A stretch of 62,513 bases of DNA, the filler included, from Sphacelaria rigidula (taxonomy: Eukaryota), in assembly GCA_964200075.2 (NCBI GenBank). It is 5 parts of 5 records of this genome, joined end to end, with 100 filler letters (N's around TTAATTAATTAA, not from the genome) between each part and the next. Parts side by side here need not be neighbours in the genome. Positions count along the whole stretch, not along the records: positions 25,048 to 37,470 come from CAXNAA020003792.1; positions 37,571 to 49,992 come from CAXNAA020003793.1; 3 more parts are not named here. One strand, given 5' to 3'. The stretch's first letter is position 1; each line of letters begins with the position of its first letter. A program made the position numbers and the translations under genes. Positions 25,048 through 37,725 of this stretch are shown here, one piece after another. The notes below the pieces were generated by a model. That model was not told where the DNA came from. It worked only from the letters and a program-made list of their open reading frames with translations, and made no database searches.

Positions 25048-25416
25048 AGGTCTGCTTCACGGTAGGGGGCGGCGTCCACTCGCGTTGAGGTGCGGGGGTG
25101 GCACCAGGGGACGCGGTCCAAGGGTCGGCCGGAGCCCATGTTTGTTCCACGGTAGGGGGCGGCGTCCACTCGCGTTGCGGTGCGGGGGTGGCGCCAGGCG
25201 ATTCGGTCCAAGGGTCGGCGGGAGCAAATGTTGCTTTGACGGTAGGGGGCGGCGTCCACTCGCGTTGCGGTGCTGGGGTGGCACCAGGGGATTCAGTCCA
25301 AGGGTCGGCCGGGGCCCAGGTTTGTTTCACGGTAGGCGGGGGTGTCCACTCGCGTTGAGGGGCAGGGGTTGCTCCAGGAGATTCGGTCAAAGGATCAGCG
25401 GGAGCGAACGTTGTAT
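25048..25416 (-). CDS. Exon encoding Pro/Thr/Trp-rich 30-aa tandem repeats (90-bp unit), 3' truncated; possibly a downstream exon of the mucin-like gene
   Basis: Acceptor ttgcgcag|AT at 25416 (phase 1). Four units T(F/W)APADP(W/L)T(E/A)SPGATPAPQREWTPPPTV(K/E)(Q/A), with mostly synonymous differences between units. Confidence 0.8.
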
Positions 25417-27428
25417 CTGCGCAATTAAATTCGAGGCAACGCACCGGTTAGCATTAAGCACAAAAATGTCTGCATCGCTGGATCACTCCATTGTACTCGT
25501 GCAACCTAAACACTGTGGCAGCCTTCTTTCACCATTCGAAACAAACCGCCCGATACCAGGCACACTTCACGGTACCGTGGGGTAACGTCATTTGGGGGTG
25601 GGTGAAGGTTCATTTCGAACGGACCCCGAAGAAGGTGGTGGCTCGTAAGCACACATCAAATACAGGGTGTGAACCGCCAAATGATAATTTGAAGTATTTT
25701 CCCGTTCCCGTTTGTTTTCGATAGGATCCTTCGTCTATCAGATCGAGGGAAAGGATAAATGTTTTGCGTCGTTCGACATTTGCAGGTGCACATTTGCTGA
25801 CAGTAGCGACACCATCCTCACTTTTAAAGCGACCACGATTACATATTTCTTCTGAGATTTTCCATGTGGAGCGTTCCACAAGTTGAACATACGACCTATC
25901 AAACCGTGATTTAGTTTTCCACCACACAATTTCGATCGAAAACTGATATTCCTAGACACGCCCTGAGACATGGCCTTATCAAGACAAAAACAAGGCGAAA
26001 AACGAAACACGCGTTCACAACCGGCGCGTTGGTTGGTCGCCGGGCGCGTCTATGGTTGAGGCGACTACGCCACATGTTGCTTCTTGACGCTTGTTTCGTC
26101 TATCGCTCTTGTTTCTTCGCGTCGATGAGACACGGCCCCAGACACGATTCAGCGAAACATGATTCAGCAAAGCCACACGTGCCTGTGCCCGGTTCAGAGA
26201 TGGTCATGTAAGAGACAAGAAGTTGAGTCAAACACGCGCGGAAAACACGCACATTACAGGGTTAGCAGCGGCATGTTTTAGTTTGAAAATGGTATGCACG
26301 CCGCCGTCCTTCCTCGAATACTGAGGAACTCCGCAATACAAAGGGTAACGTGAGTTGGCGAGCAAGGGCCAACGGCGGAGCTGATTCGCGGGAGTAGAGG
26401 GTGTCTTGGGGTGTTTCAGGGGGCTTACTACTTAGGTGTCGTGCTTCTCGTCGCGCCTTCTCCGTCTCGGCACAGAGGTGTTGGACCAACGACCACGGCT
26501 AGAACCACCGGGTGATAGAACCCACGTGCAGATTTGCCTTTCACGTAGATAAAGAAAATGTGTTCTCGGACTTGAACTAGTCCGAGGGGACATTAATCTG
26601 TTGGAAACACCGATTTAGCGTGTAGATACCATACGACGCTGGGGGCGTATGCTCTCGACAACACGAGAAGTCAGAGCTAGCTCCAGGTATCATATTGATG
26701 TGTGATTGTCCGCGGTGATGTCATGATATGCTCGACAGCAGGATCCACGCACGTTCTGTAGTGTATGTCCCCGATCAATCGGCTCGTCGGGTAAGGAGCC
26801 ACGGAATGACGACACAAAAACACCAGATCTCTCCGCCGACTAGGTCGTTGACTGCGAGCGGATACGAGCTGGGCCGGCCGTACAACGTCCATGTCCCCGG
26901 CACAGAAGAACTTCAGTTTTCCGAATCAGCCTGATGTAAGTATACAATATTTCGCTGTGAACTGCAAACCAACCTGGTGATGCACATGCTTCCGCTGAAT
27001 GGACAAAAAAATGAAACACATGTACCGCATACGATAGGACCTGAACAAGAGGCAAAATAAACATTCATCTGTCGTTCGGATGCGGTCGTGACCTCCATAA
27101 CAGGAGTAAGTGTGGCCGAAAATAAGGCTGCTGATACGCAAAGTTGCCCTGGAACGGTCGAAACGAGTACGTAAGGCAAGTCTGGCCCCTTTTTCGGGCG
27201 TGAAACAACGGAGAAGGGGCCAAAAGGTAGTTTCCGGAAGGATTTTCTTTCAAATGGTGAGAGTTGGTCTTAGATTGCCGGGGCGCAGCGGTGTCACACA
27301 ACAAAAGGTTCCACGCGCAGCTCAATTTTTCAAGTTTTGAGCCGAAATTTTGCACACGTCGGACGAGCACAATTATGACTAGTGGCACTCGCACTAGTTG
27401 GGCTGCTTCTCGGCCGTAAAAATTTACA

Positions 27429-28060
27429 GAGCGAGCACTCGAGACATCGCTCGTTGTGGAAAATGTTTTAGCGAGTACTCCAGTCAGTGCTCGTTGCGGG
27501 GAAATTGAAAGGGCGAGCACTCGAGTCATTACTCGTAGTGGGGAAATTGAAAGGGCGAGCACTCGAGTCATTACTCGTTGTGGGAAAAATCAATAAGGCG
27601 AGTACTCGATTCATTGCTCGTCGTGGAGAAGTACATGGATTGAGCACATGAGTCACTGCTCGTGATGAACGACAGAAGTGGAGGAGTCAGCAATCTGACG
27701 AGCAAATCAACATAATGAGCTGGAATAATCAAGTCCCATATGCTTGTCCGCACATATACAAGCGTCAAGCTCCGAAGCTCGTTTTCACTTTATTCAATCA
27801 AGCCCCCCCCCCCCACACACACACATTCGTTGTGGAAAAATGAATGACTCGAGCACACGAGTCATCGCTCGTGGTAAAAAAATATTGAATGGGGCACACG
27901 AGTCATTGCTCGTTGTGAAAATATTGAACGACTAGAGCAACGCGTCAATGCTCGTTGTAAAAAAAAAAACGACTCGAGCACACGAGTTATGCCCGTTGTA
28001 TAATCAAAAACAACAGCGAGTGCGCTCGTTTCGAAGAGTGATGACTCGTCCGACGCGAGC
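27429..28060. repeat. ~42-bp minisatellite with palindromic core, in two blocks
   Basis: Units GCGAGCACTCGAGTCATT(A/G)CTCGTTGTGG-GAAA-linker; about 6 units at 27429-27665 and about 5 degenerate units at 27826-28060. Confidence 0.8.
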
Positions 28061-28067
28061 AACTTTG

Positions 28068-28395
28068 CAAGGTTGTGTTCTGCAGGGTACATATATGTTC
28101 TGTAGGGTATGTGATTCCTGACAGAACTGACAGAAATATCGGATACCGGTAAGAAAGTCTAGGATAAACTACTAAACTGTCGGGTACCGGTATGAACGTG
28201 TTGCACAAATCACAAAACTTGTGGGGTACGGTACGAAAGCCTTACAGAAAGCCCTACCGGCAATCGGGTATTTCTTCAAGGGCATACCCGCGCTCCGGGT
28301 ACGGGCATACAGAACGTCGGGTATACGGCGAATACCCGGGCGAAAAAATACCCCGGGGGAATAGAAAATCGTACCCTAGCCATGACGCAACTTTC
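28068..28395. mobile_element. Second copy of the CAAGGTTGTGTTCTGCAGG-end MITE family
   Basis: Starts CAAGGTTGTGTTCTGCAGGGTAC. Shares ATACCCGCGCTCCGGGTACGGG with 15701-15722. Degenerate right end GTACCCT...CAACTTT. Confidence 0.7.
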
Positions 28396-30221
28396 GAAGG
28401 TCGAGTTTTTCTTAACGCTTCGACTTTTTTTCACCATTCTTCGAGGGTTCCAGGGTTGGGCGAAAGTTTGGATCCCGTCGGACCCCGCAACAACGGTGAA
28501 AAAGCAGGGGGGGAAAGCATCGTCCATCGAAAGCTGCGTAACTACTCTAGCACAAACTTCCAGCTACTTGGTTGTGGTATAAATACATCTTTGTGGGGTG
28601 TATTTAACGTTGAGGCGAGTAAAACTACGTGAGGTTTTCGAGATTCTCGACTAAACTTTTTGTACACGTTTTCCCTGAACTACTCCGGGACGCATCATAT
28701 TTTTTTCTTCGAGGCATTCTGTACCGCCTTCCGGAGGTCTTCACACTGGGACCTCCGGGAGCTGGTGAAAACACTGAAACTTTGAAAAATTGTCAACACA
28801 AGAAATCCGTGTGAAACATCAATAATGCCTGTGGAGCTGCGAGGTTTGAGGACGATTGGAGTTCTGTACAACAGATGAGGGAAACCTTCACGAGGCTCCC
28901 GGGGTCTTTCGTGCGTATCGTCAGTGGAAATTAGTCGCCAAACCCCGCATCACCGGAACGCCACGGTTTCGGGTATAATTCGACCCCTTAGTACTCGTTT
29001 TTTAACATGTTCTTTCCGTTAGGTTCCCGAGCTGATGGCGGCTACTGTGATTTGAAGTATGTGGAAATTGGTTGAAAATTGGGTGAAAAATACGCTTGGA
29101 ATTCGTATTTTCGATTTCGGAATAATTCGAAGAGTGTGGATTGATCGAGGTACCTCCAGCCCTCGACACCACCACTATGGCCTCAAGTACAAATCTGGCT
29201 ATGTCTCTCTTCAGCTATCCATAGCGGTCAGTATGATATAATGTATGCGACTATTTAGTATGTATTGCGAAAGGTGCTTCGTTGATGACACAAAATTTAA
29301 ATGTGGATGATAAGCGTGAACCAGCCTCGATGTAGGACAGGAACAGAGTACAATAATATCTAGTACATGCAAACATCAGTAGTTAGACAGATGTACCGAT
29401 CACACCGAGCACAGAGTACCTCGCGGAACTCGCGAACTCAATTCGAATCTGTACATCGCAGCAGAGAGTGCCGCAGCACGGAAAAAATCCGCTGCTACAC
29501 TGCCGGAAACTGTACAGTTATTGGTCCTTGTGTATATCTGGCGAGCTAGGTTGAATGCTCCATGATGCGCTCGAAATAGTCGTGTGGAGTGGAGAGTGTA
29601 GTAAGCGTAGGGTGAAATATACGATGTACTTCGCAGCAAGGGAACGTACGCGGCCATTGCTGTATTCGATTCGTACGAGAGCATAATAACACAGACGGTA
29701 GGTACAGAACTGATAGTGCCCGATACGTTTACTGTCCTGCACAACTACTGTACGTTACTCACGTTTCGTTGTGGTGGTGACGGGTTGCGCGTTCCGAATA
29801 AAGACCACTGCGAAGCTCTCGATGAGAGGAGGCAGCGGCACTTACTACATTTCTTCAATCGAATTTGCGACAGAAGGGATTGACTCGATTCAGTTCTGGC
29901 AACAAGCGATCACGGAATCGAAGACCACATTGCTGCATGAAACGAAGACCTACCTGAAGATAGAGTTAGCACACATGACTTAGACTTGACGAAAATACAG
30001 GAGATTTCAACCGTGCTTACAACATAGAGGTCCATTTCCCGAAGTTCAGTAGCGGCAACCTCTACAATGACGTGCGAAATTCTCAATAGAACCGGATAGA
30101 CTATAATTCTCTCATCAGGTGAACGTGAGGTCCCACACGATAAACGAGGAAGAGGTGATAGTCCCGTTGTACACTTTTCGTGATGAGACAGATGAGGCAA
30201 GCAATCTAGCGCCACAGTTCC

Positions 30222-30373
30222 CTCTGCATTTTGTCTAGAAACAAAAAACAACGACGATGCAGATCTACTGCCTGTACTACAACAAGCAATATCGGACCAC
30301 AGACGGTTAGTTCGCTCTGCATTTTTGTCTGGAAACAAAAAAACAACGATGACGCAGATCTACCGCCTGTGCT
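30222..30373. repeat. Short direct duplication (~55 bp, period ~93)
   Basis: CTCTGCATTTT(T)GTCT(A/G)GAAACAAAAAA(A)CAACGA(C/T)GA(T/C)GCAGATCTAC occurs twice. Confidence 0.75.
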
Positions 30374-32024
30374 ATATTACTGTACTATTGCCGTCTGTTG
30401 TTGTATTGTAGTACTACTACCCAATACCGTGAAGTTCATCTCCAATGACGCAGAATTTCGCTGAATACCCCCTCAAGGTTCGGTGGCTTGGACCAAAAGG
30501 TGGTGACATATTTAGTACAGTATAATACATTTCATAACCTGAGCTTGGAACGTTTTTTTCAAAAATCGAGGGAGTCAAAATTTAGAAATTTGCTCACTTT
30601 TGGCTGCCCTTCCTCGGTTACAGAGAAATCGAAATAATTGGTGACTCCTGAGGCCAACTTTAATGGGAGCGTTCAAAAAATTATTTTGCAACAATTTCAG
30701 AGGAGTTTTTTTTTCCTTGTCATCATGGTGAACGGGCACAAAATACACAACTACCGCAAAGAAAGAAAGTCGTTTAAAATTATTGCGAAATAAAATTCTT
30801 AACGCTCCCATACGAGTTCGCCTTAGTAGTTGCTCGTGACTGCACGTTCTGGGCTAACTGTACAGTTTTTTGGTATGATCGTACAACAGTACTGTAGTAC
30901 ACTTGTCTCAGGGTTGATTATCCGCACTTCGAGGTGTGCAGTATACTAATATTACTCCCCTGCAGGCGTACTTGAATACAGACGAAGTTGAATCCCTATG
31001 TGTGGTGACGATCGTTGGTCCGTCCGGACCGCCGGGTGAAAAAATGAAAACACTGAATAATTTCAGTCATCTGTATTTTATTTACGGACGGGCAGGTGAC
31101 GAGTGAAGACCGCTGTCATCGGTGTCCCGTTGTTCTCGGGTTGTGTTTTTCCATGCCTTCTAGATCTTCGCCGCTTCATGACCATGATGATGAGAATCTT
31201 GGGTGAAACATGTGCGATGCGCAAGGATGTGCAGCGTCATATCGCACAACATGAATGGTATACTGTCTGTATTTTGTTGACACCGGTTCGTTCACGATCG
31301 GTGGCCAGTTTATGTAAGTGGGGGAGGATACCTATCCATGTTTTGAACACAAACATGTTCATGCAACACCAACGATCAACACCCTTCTCTCACCATCAGC
31401 CCGTCCGTAGATACTATTCACATGGATATAATATAGGAGTGCACTGGACGAGTCGAGTTGCAGGCGGCGTCTGTAGCATCTATCGTCGGGCGGACAACTA
31501 TCTCCATGAGAGGATTGTCTGTGCAGCCCGCCGGGAGAGTCAACCCACATACAAAATAAATCATGTTCATCATCACTGCCGAAATTTTTCGGCATATGTT
31601 GTGACTGGTTGCTGTCCTCTGTACTGACTGGACTGTTGTGACTGCGACATATCGTAGACTCAATCGCGGCAGAAATACGCATCTCATCGGAACATAGTGG
31701 CAACCTTTTGATTAGTGCAACAACCTTCTCCGAGAAACCTCATCTCATTTCAGCAAGGGCACGATGTAGAGTGACGGGGATAAAACAAAAATCAATGTGC
31801 CAGGGTGCACCGTACCGTGGGTATACCGCACTACTTCACAGCACAGTAGTGCTATGCGGAGTACGGACACACGATAAACACATCAGATGTCACGTCCATC
31901 ACATGAAACACGACAAACATCAGAAGATGTTGATCCGTTCTGTATCGAATTTGCATACAACCCCTCACGAAAAATACATCACAAAAAAAATGTTTGGAAC
32001 CTTAGACAGTCAGCGAAAGCTCAC

Positions 32025-34038
32025 CAAGAAATTCCATGGGCGACGAAGTCCGCGGTACCTCATCCGCGCTAGCTACGCTTGGGGTCGGGGTGGTTGGCTC
32101 CTCGATCGTTGGCTCCAACTCCGGGTTGGTGGGCAGCGGTGTGGACCCAGCTTCGGGGGCGACGGTTGTTTCTTTCTTTGAGGCAGAAGGGGTGATCGTT
32201 TCGGGAAAAGGGGTTGCGGCCGAAGGGGGCGTGGAAACAGTTTCTTCTGTAGTAGAAGGTGCTGGCGAGGGGGCTACATCCTCCTCATTCTCCAGGGGCG
32301 ATTCTGTCTCAGGCGCTGAAGTTTCAGGCTCCGACGGGATGAGGGTGGGCTCGGGGGTGGGCTCGGCTACAGGGACTGAGGTGCTCTCGACTTCGGGGGC
32401 AGTGGTAGCTGCTGTTTCTTCCTGTATAGGGGAAGGAGTTGGATCGGGCAAAGCAACAGTGGGGACAGGTCTAGAAACGGTTTCCGCAGTTGGAGCTGGA
32501 GTCGCGGCAACCTCCTCTTCCTGAATGGGGGATTCTGTCTCCGGGACTGAAAGTCCATCGGACTCTGAGGGGACGGGTGTAGGATCAGAAGTGCGCTCGA
32601 CTCTAGGGACGGAGGTGATCTCGACTTCAGGGGTGGGGGTGGTGACTACTTCTTCCTGAGTGGGGAAATGTGTTGGATCCGGCAAAATGTCGGGGGAGGC
32701 GGATGTAGGAACGGTTTCTACAGAAGTCGGTGCCGGAGTTACAACGGCAACGTCCAGCTCCTGCTCGATGGGGGGTTCGGTCTCAGGCACTGAGGGCTCA
32801 TCAGTCTCTGAGGGGGTGGGGGTAACTTGAGGGGTGGGCTCGACCTCGGGGGCCGGGGTGGTGGTTGCTTCTTCCTGTGTGGGGGAAGGAGTTGGATCCG
32901 GCAAAATGTCGGGGGAGGCGGATGTAGGAACGGTTTCTACAGAAGTCGGTGCCGGAGTTACAACGGCAACGTCCAGCTCCTGCTCGATGGGTGATTCTGT
33001 CTCCGGCGCGAAGGGCTCATCAGTCTCTACGGGAGTGGGGGTAACTTGAGGGGTGGGCTCGACCTCGGGGGCCGGGGTGGTGGTTGCTTCTTCCTGTGTG
33101 GGGGAGGGAGTTGGGTCAGGCAGAGAATCAGCAGGGAGCAATGTACGGAGGGTTTCTACGGTAGGTGCCGGAGTTTCAGCAACCTCCTGCTCCTGCTCCA
33201 GAGGGGGCTGTGTCTCCGGCACTGAGAGTTCATCAGAGGGAATAAGGGTAGGCTCAGCGGTGGAATCACTATCAGGAGCTGGAGTGGTAGTCACCTTTGT
33301 GGGGGCTGGAGTTTCCTCGTCGACCGCCACGGGCTCAGAAGGAGTGGGGGTGGGGTCGATCAGAATGTCGTCTCGAGTCGGTGATGGGGTGTCGACTACA
33401 TCTTCAACTGGAGATTCAGTCTCCGGATCTACAGGCACCGGTGTCGACTCCTCAGTAGGCTCCACGGGGTTGAGGGTGGGCTCATCCGCGGCCTCCACGG
33501 GGGTGAGAGTGGGCTCATCAGTGGCCTCCACGGGGATGAGAGTGGGCTCATCCGTGGCTTCCACGGGGGTGAGAGTGGGCTCATCCGTGGCTTCCAAGGG
33601 TGTGGAAGTGGGTTCCTCGGAGGGCTCTACTGGGCTGGGGCTGGGTTCCTCAGTTTCCGGCGCGTCAGTGTCCGATACTTCGGGAGAAGGGGTAGAGTCC
33701 ACCTCTTCCTCGGGAGTAGGTGACGGAGTAACTTCGGCCTCGGCCGTGGGCACTGGCGTTGGCTCGAGATCATCCTCTGGTTCTTGGGTTGGGCTGGGAG
33801 TATCGTCGTCCGTCGGCTCCAGCTCTGGCGCCAGTTCGGTCGCGGTGGGGGCATCGTCCCCGTCTGTCTCGTCGAGGGTTGACTCCGCCGATTGTATATC
33901 GGACAAGAGTGTGTCGTCGGCTGCTGCGTCTTCATCATCGGTTTGCGCGAGCGCCCGGTGCGGAGGGGCAGCGCCTCCGCTCATGAGTGCGATCGTCGCA
34001 CAAAGCACGAGTGCGCATCGCAGCCAGCAACCGCGCAT
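32025..34038 (-). CDS. Secreted acidic Pro/Thr/Glu-rich mucin-like protein, large first exon (671 codons)
   Basis: ATG at 34038 starts a signal-peptide-like MRGCWLRCALVLCATIALMSGGAAPPHRALA. Long open frame of P/T/E/S/D with 11-aa (PVEATDEPTLx) and 73-aa (219 bp) internal repeats. Donor CTTG|gtgagc at 32025 (phase 1). Confidence 0.88.
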
Positions 34039-35444
34039 CACTTCGCTCTGGGACTCTCGTACAGTCAGCAGAACGAAGCTTCGATACTCGTACAAGGCCA
34101 AGCCTTGATGCTCCTCCTCTGGGTTTGTTGGTGTCTGTAGTTTTGTCGCGCTTGTAGATTTGTCGCGCTGACGAAGAGTGAATTGTGTGTTTGATGGTGA
34201 GCCTCGTGTCCTCGTGGTTTTTCACTTCGAGAAAGAGGAGCCGGGAAAGAACGTTGGAAAATGTGAAGAAAAAGAGTCAAAATGAGCAGATGATTTATAA
34301 AAAATCGAATTTGAACAGCTCTCGGTTATGTCGAACACAGCATCGTCCCCGAACTCGTATCAAGAGCCCAAAAAAAGCATGTTCCGCATGCTGGCGAGCA
34401 GCTGGCATTGACTGTCTGTTGAGACATCACAACAACGATCTACGTGGTCAGCGTGGTGTATAATTGAATGGACGAACTCATAGGCATGCTATCTTGGGCA
34501 GAACCCGGGCTTTGCTTTTGTTAGGACAGCATAATGACTGTTGAGCTACAGTATCTGCACATTCTCCTCACCCAAACGATCCGAAGGTGATACAGTGGTA
34601 GTCTACTACTGTACTGTACTGTTGTATGTACTGTAGCTAAGTATTTGTACTTGTTCAACCATGTATTTCGCGACAGGTTCGGATAAAATCTTCTCGATGA
34701 GTAGGTGCACGATTTTGCGACGACAGTGGCATTTGAAAAAACGCGACGAACCTGCTGAAAAGTCATTTTCGTGTAATGGCTCCGTAATTTTTGTTGAGAT
34801 ATACGGGTAGTGTACTTACTCATGTCTAGGAAGATGCGGCGCGATCTGAATACAGCAGCCCGTTTGCTAGAATCGATTGACTGCAAACATTTCACCCGGT
34901 GGGAACCCTCCACAATCCAGCTGTTTGGCTTTCTCCTATAAAACACTAAAAACTACCCACTACATGTATTTCCGCTGTCCTGATGAAAGGGATCTGAACC
35001 CCCCCGCACGTAATTTGGAAAAAAGGAAGTGTTGGGAATCGTGGGATGTATACGATATTTGTGCCAACGCCAGTAAATCGCTCCCAAGAAGTGATTGCTA
35101 GCTCCACCAACAGCACCATTTAGTCCTTTTTTGCCGCTAAGGTCGACTGTCTCCAACTCCACGTACGGAGTTTTACGTGCATCTCTGCAGGGTCGGGTCG
35201 TTTGGTCGGGACAAGTTTGTCCGTCTGTGTGGTGGTGAGTTCTTCGCTGTTCGCTGTGTGGACGGTCAAAATATAAGGTTAACACATGGACTACACCTCA
35301 CCACCACCGTAATTCCGTCAGGTTTCACTCGTTGTTTTGTTCATCGTGCCGACTTTTAGCTATAAAGTAATAGATGCGCCGAGTATGCCACAATATTTTG
35401 TTTTGCAAGCAGTCCACCGTTGAGTCCCCGCGGCTCAAACAAAA

Positions 35445-36581
35445 CACCGCGATGATAAACAATAGAGCCGGCGCCTAGAGCTATACGAAGTATCATGCGG
35501 TTGCTGCAGTCAAAACGCAGAAATAGATCGTTATAACACAACAACTACAGTAGTGATAACTCGCCAACATGTTTGTGCTAAAAGAGGCGGAGAGCGGGCT
35601 CGCTTTAGCATATATAATATATTTATCCCTGTGTTCGAGGGCGGCCGTTCGTGACGAAACGGTTTTATTATTGGAGATATTGCAGTGTACAGTATACAAC
35701 TTCGTTCGGCATGCGAAACTTTTTTCACAATTACATTTGAACATGACGAGCTCGTGGGACAGAACACTTGCGGGGGGTAGAATGCGCGGCCTTTCCAACT
35801 AAAAAAGGAATAGTTCCACCACTCACCACGATGACAAATAATAGAGCCAGCGCCTAGAGCTATACGAAGTATCATGCGGTTGCTGCAGTCAACCGCAGAA
35901 AAACATTGTGATAATATACAACAACTACAGCGACAACTCGCCCACATGTTTGTGCTGAAAGAGGCGGAGAGCGGGCTCGGCTTCGCATATATGTATGTAC
36001 AGTATTCCTGTGTTCGAGGGCGGCCGTTCGTGACGAAACGGTTTTATTATTGGAGATATTGCACTGTACAGTATACAACTTCGTTCGGCATGCGAAACTT
36101 TTTTCACAATTACACTTGAACATGACGAGCTCCTGGGACAGAACACTTGCGGGGGGTAGAATGCGCGGCCTTTCCAACTAAAAAAGGAATAGTTCCACCG
36201 CTCACCACGATGACAAATAATAGAGCCAGCGCCTGGAGCTATGCGAATCATCGTGCGGTTGCTGCAGTCAACCGCAGAAAAACATTGTGATAATATACAA
36301 CAACTACAGCGACAACTCGCCCACATGTTTGTGCTGAAAGAGACGGAGAGCGGGCTCGGCTTCGCATATATGTATGTACAGTATTCCTGTGTTCGAGGGC
36401 GGCCGTTCGTGACGAAACGGTTTTATTATTGGAGATATTACAGTGTACAGTATACAACTTCGTTCGGCATGCGAAACTTTTTTCACAATTACACTTGAAC
36501 ATGACGAGCTCGTGGGACAGAACACTTGTGGGAGAGTAGAATGCGCGGCCTTTCCAACTAAAAAAGGAATAGTTCCACCAC
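35445..36581. repeat. Three tandem copies of a 379-bp unit
   Basis: Units start at 35445, 35824 and 36203; copies 2 and 3 are nearly identical. Confidence 0.92.
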
Positions 36582-36755
36582 CCACTGTTTTCCAAGGAAA
36601 ATGGAACATCTAAAAAGTCGGGTCTATCCCCCAGGCGACACTTTTTCGAAAATGATCGCGCGGAACGTATCTTGGTTGACGCGGTGTCACTGCTGCGTAT
36701 AGACAACAGTGCAGTGTGGGGTATACTGATGAAGTGCCGTACGAAGGGTACAAGA

Positions 36756-37046
36756 CGGAGTGTTGACACCCCTGCATGTATCCTAACCCTGATAGAGGTA
36801 TCTCAAACTCGGCTCCCGGTATCCTTGTTCGTTTTGTTTTATTTTTTCAAGTGAAAGTGATGGCGATTCATCAGAAGATGATGAAGCCCTTGCACCGCCA
36901 GGTCAGGTCCTCCTATGAATCGCGATCACTTTCACTTGAAAAAATAGTGCACAACTCAGGGCCAGCGAATAAACCAGGATACCGGGAGCCGAGTTTGAGA
37001 TGCCTTTAATAACCCTGACCCTGACCATAGGGGGTGTTACACTCCG
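36756..37046. mobile_element. Foldback/MITE with long imperfect inverted arms and TAACCCT motifs
   Basis: Ends CGGAGTGTTGACACCCCT and AGGGGGTGTTACACTCCG. Internal mirrored blocks ATCTCAAACTCGGCTCCCGGTATCC and TTTTTTCAAGTGAAAGTGAT. Confidence 0.8.
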
Positions 37047-37470
37047 ATCGATGCGGTCCAAAAAGCATGCGGTCCTCCCACGCATTACAATACCTCTAAT
37101 TCTACTGCAATCGTCCGGCGGCCGTTTTCGAAATAAGGCCGCCTCATTCGGCATGGGTCACCCCGGCCTCATGTCGACCCAGTGATAACTTGATTCAAAA
37201 CATTCTATATTTTTCTTGAAAAGTCGATAAGTGATGCCGCGATGCCCCCACCCCTCCTGCCTGGTCCGGCGAGAACCCGGCGTGCTCCGTCCCGGCTTTG
37301 TAGGGGCGGACCCCTGTGCGGTTGGCGTCGGTTGGCGATGACGCTATAAACCACGCCAGAGTGATGCTACGGTAGGGGTGCAGAAATATTTTCTGAGGTT
37401 AGAATTGTTAGGAGCCCTTTTTCTCATGCAAAACACGGCCGTATAGAAATATGTGAAAGTACGCCAGGAT

Positions 37471-37570
37471 NNNNNNNNNNNNNNNNNNNNNNNNNNNNNN
37501 NNNNNNNNNNNNNNTTAATTAATTAANNNNNNNNNNNNNNNNNNNNNNNNNNNNNNNNNNNNNNNNNNNN
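37471..37570. other. Artificial contig linker
   Basis: N44-TTAATTAATTAA-N44. Confidence 0.97.
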
Positions 37571-37660
37571 TCTGCTCGGCTTGGTGGGGCGGCGCCGTCG
37601 CTGTTCTTTCGTTCCCGGCGGGGCTGTTGTGCGGTACCCCCCCCCCCCCCCCCGCCTCCC

Positions 37661-37725
37661 TGCTCCGTCTTGAAAGGGGTGCGTCGTCGATGGTCAAACG
37701 GCTAAGGCAAGCAAGAAATGAGTAC
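37661..37725 (+). mobile_element. Poly-C-associated short interspersed element, copy 1
   Basis: Matches family consensus CTCCGTCTCGAAAGGGATGCGTGGTCAATGGTCAAACGACTAAGGCAAGCAACAAATGAGTAC, with C-runs on both sides. Confidence 0.8.

Noticed and set aside
27429..28060. CRISPR array
   Set aside because: Linkers are short and mutually similar, repeats are degenerate, there are no cas genes, and the context is eukaryotic.
31393..31518. Internal exon of the mucin-like gene
   Set aside because: The acceptor is plausible, but the phase-compatible frame has only a weak donor before a stop, and the strong donor is in another frame. Unresolved.
8105..34038. One giant minus-strand gene joining the mucin exon, the 30-aa repeats and the Cys-repeat/GPI exons
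   Set aside because: The parts lie on different size-sorted contigs separated by artificial linkers, so the adjacency is not biological.
33053..34108. 351-aa plus-strand Ser/Gly/Val ORF (also 32036-32524)
   Set aside because: It is the antisense shadow of the Pro/Thr/Glu exon, which has the signal peptide and splice donor.
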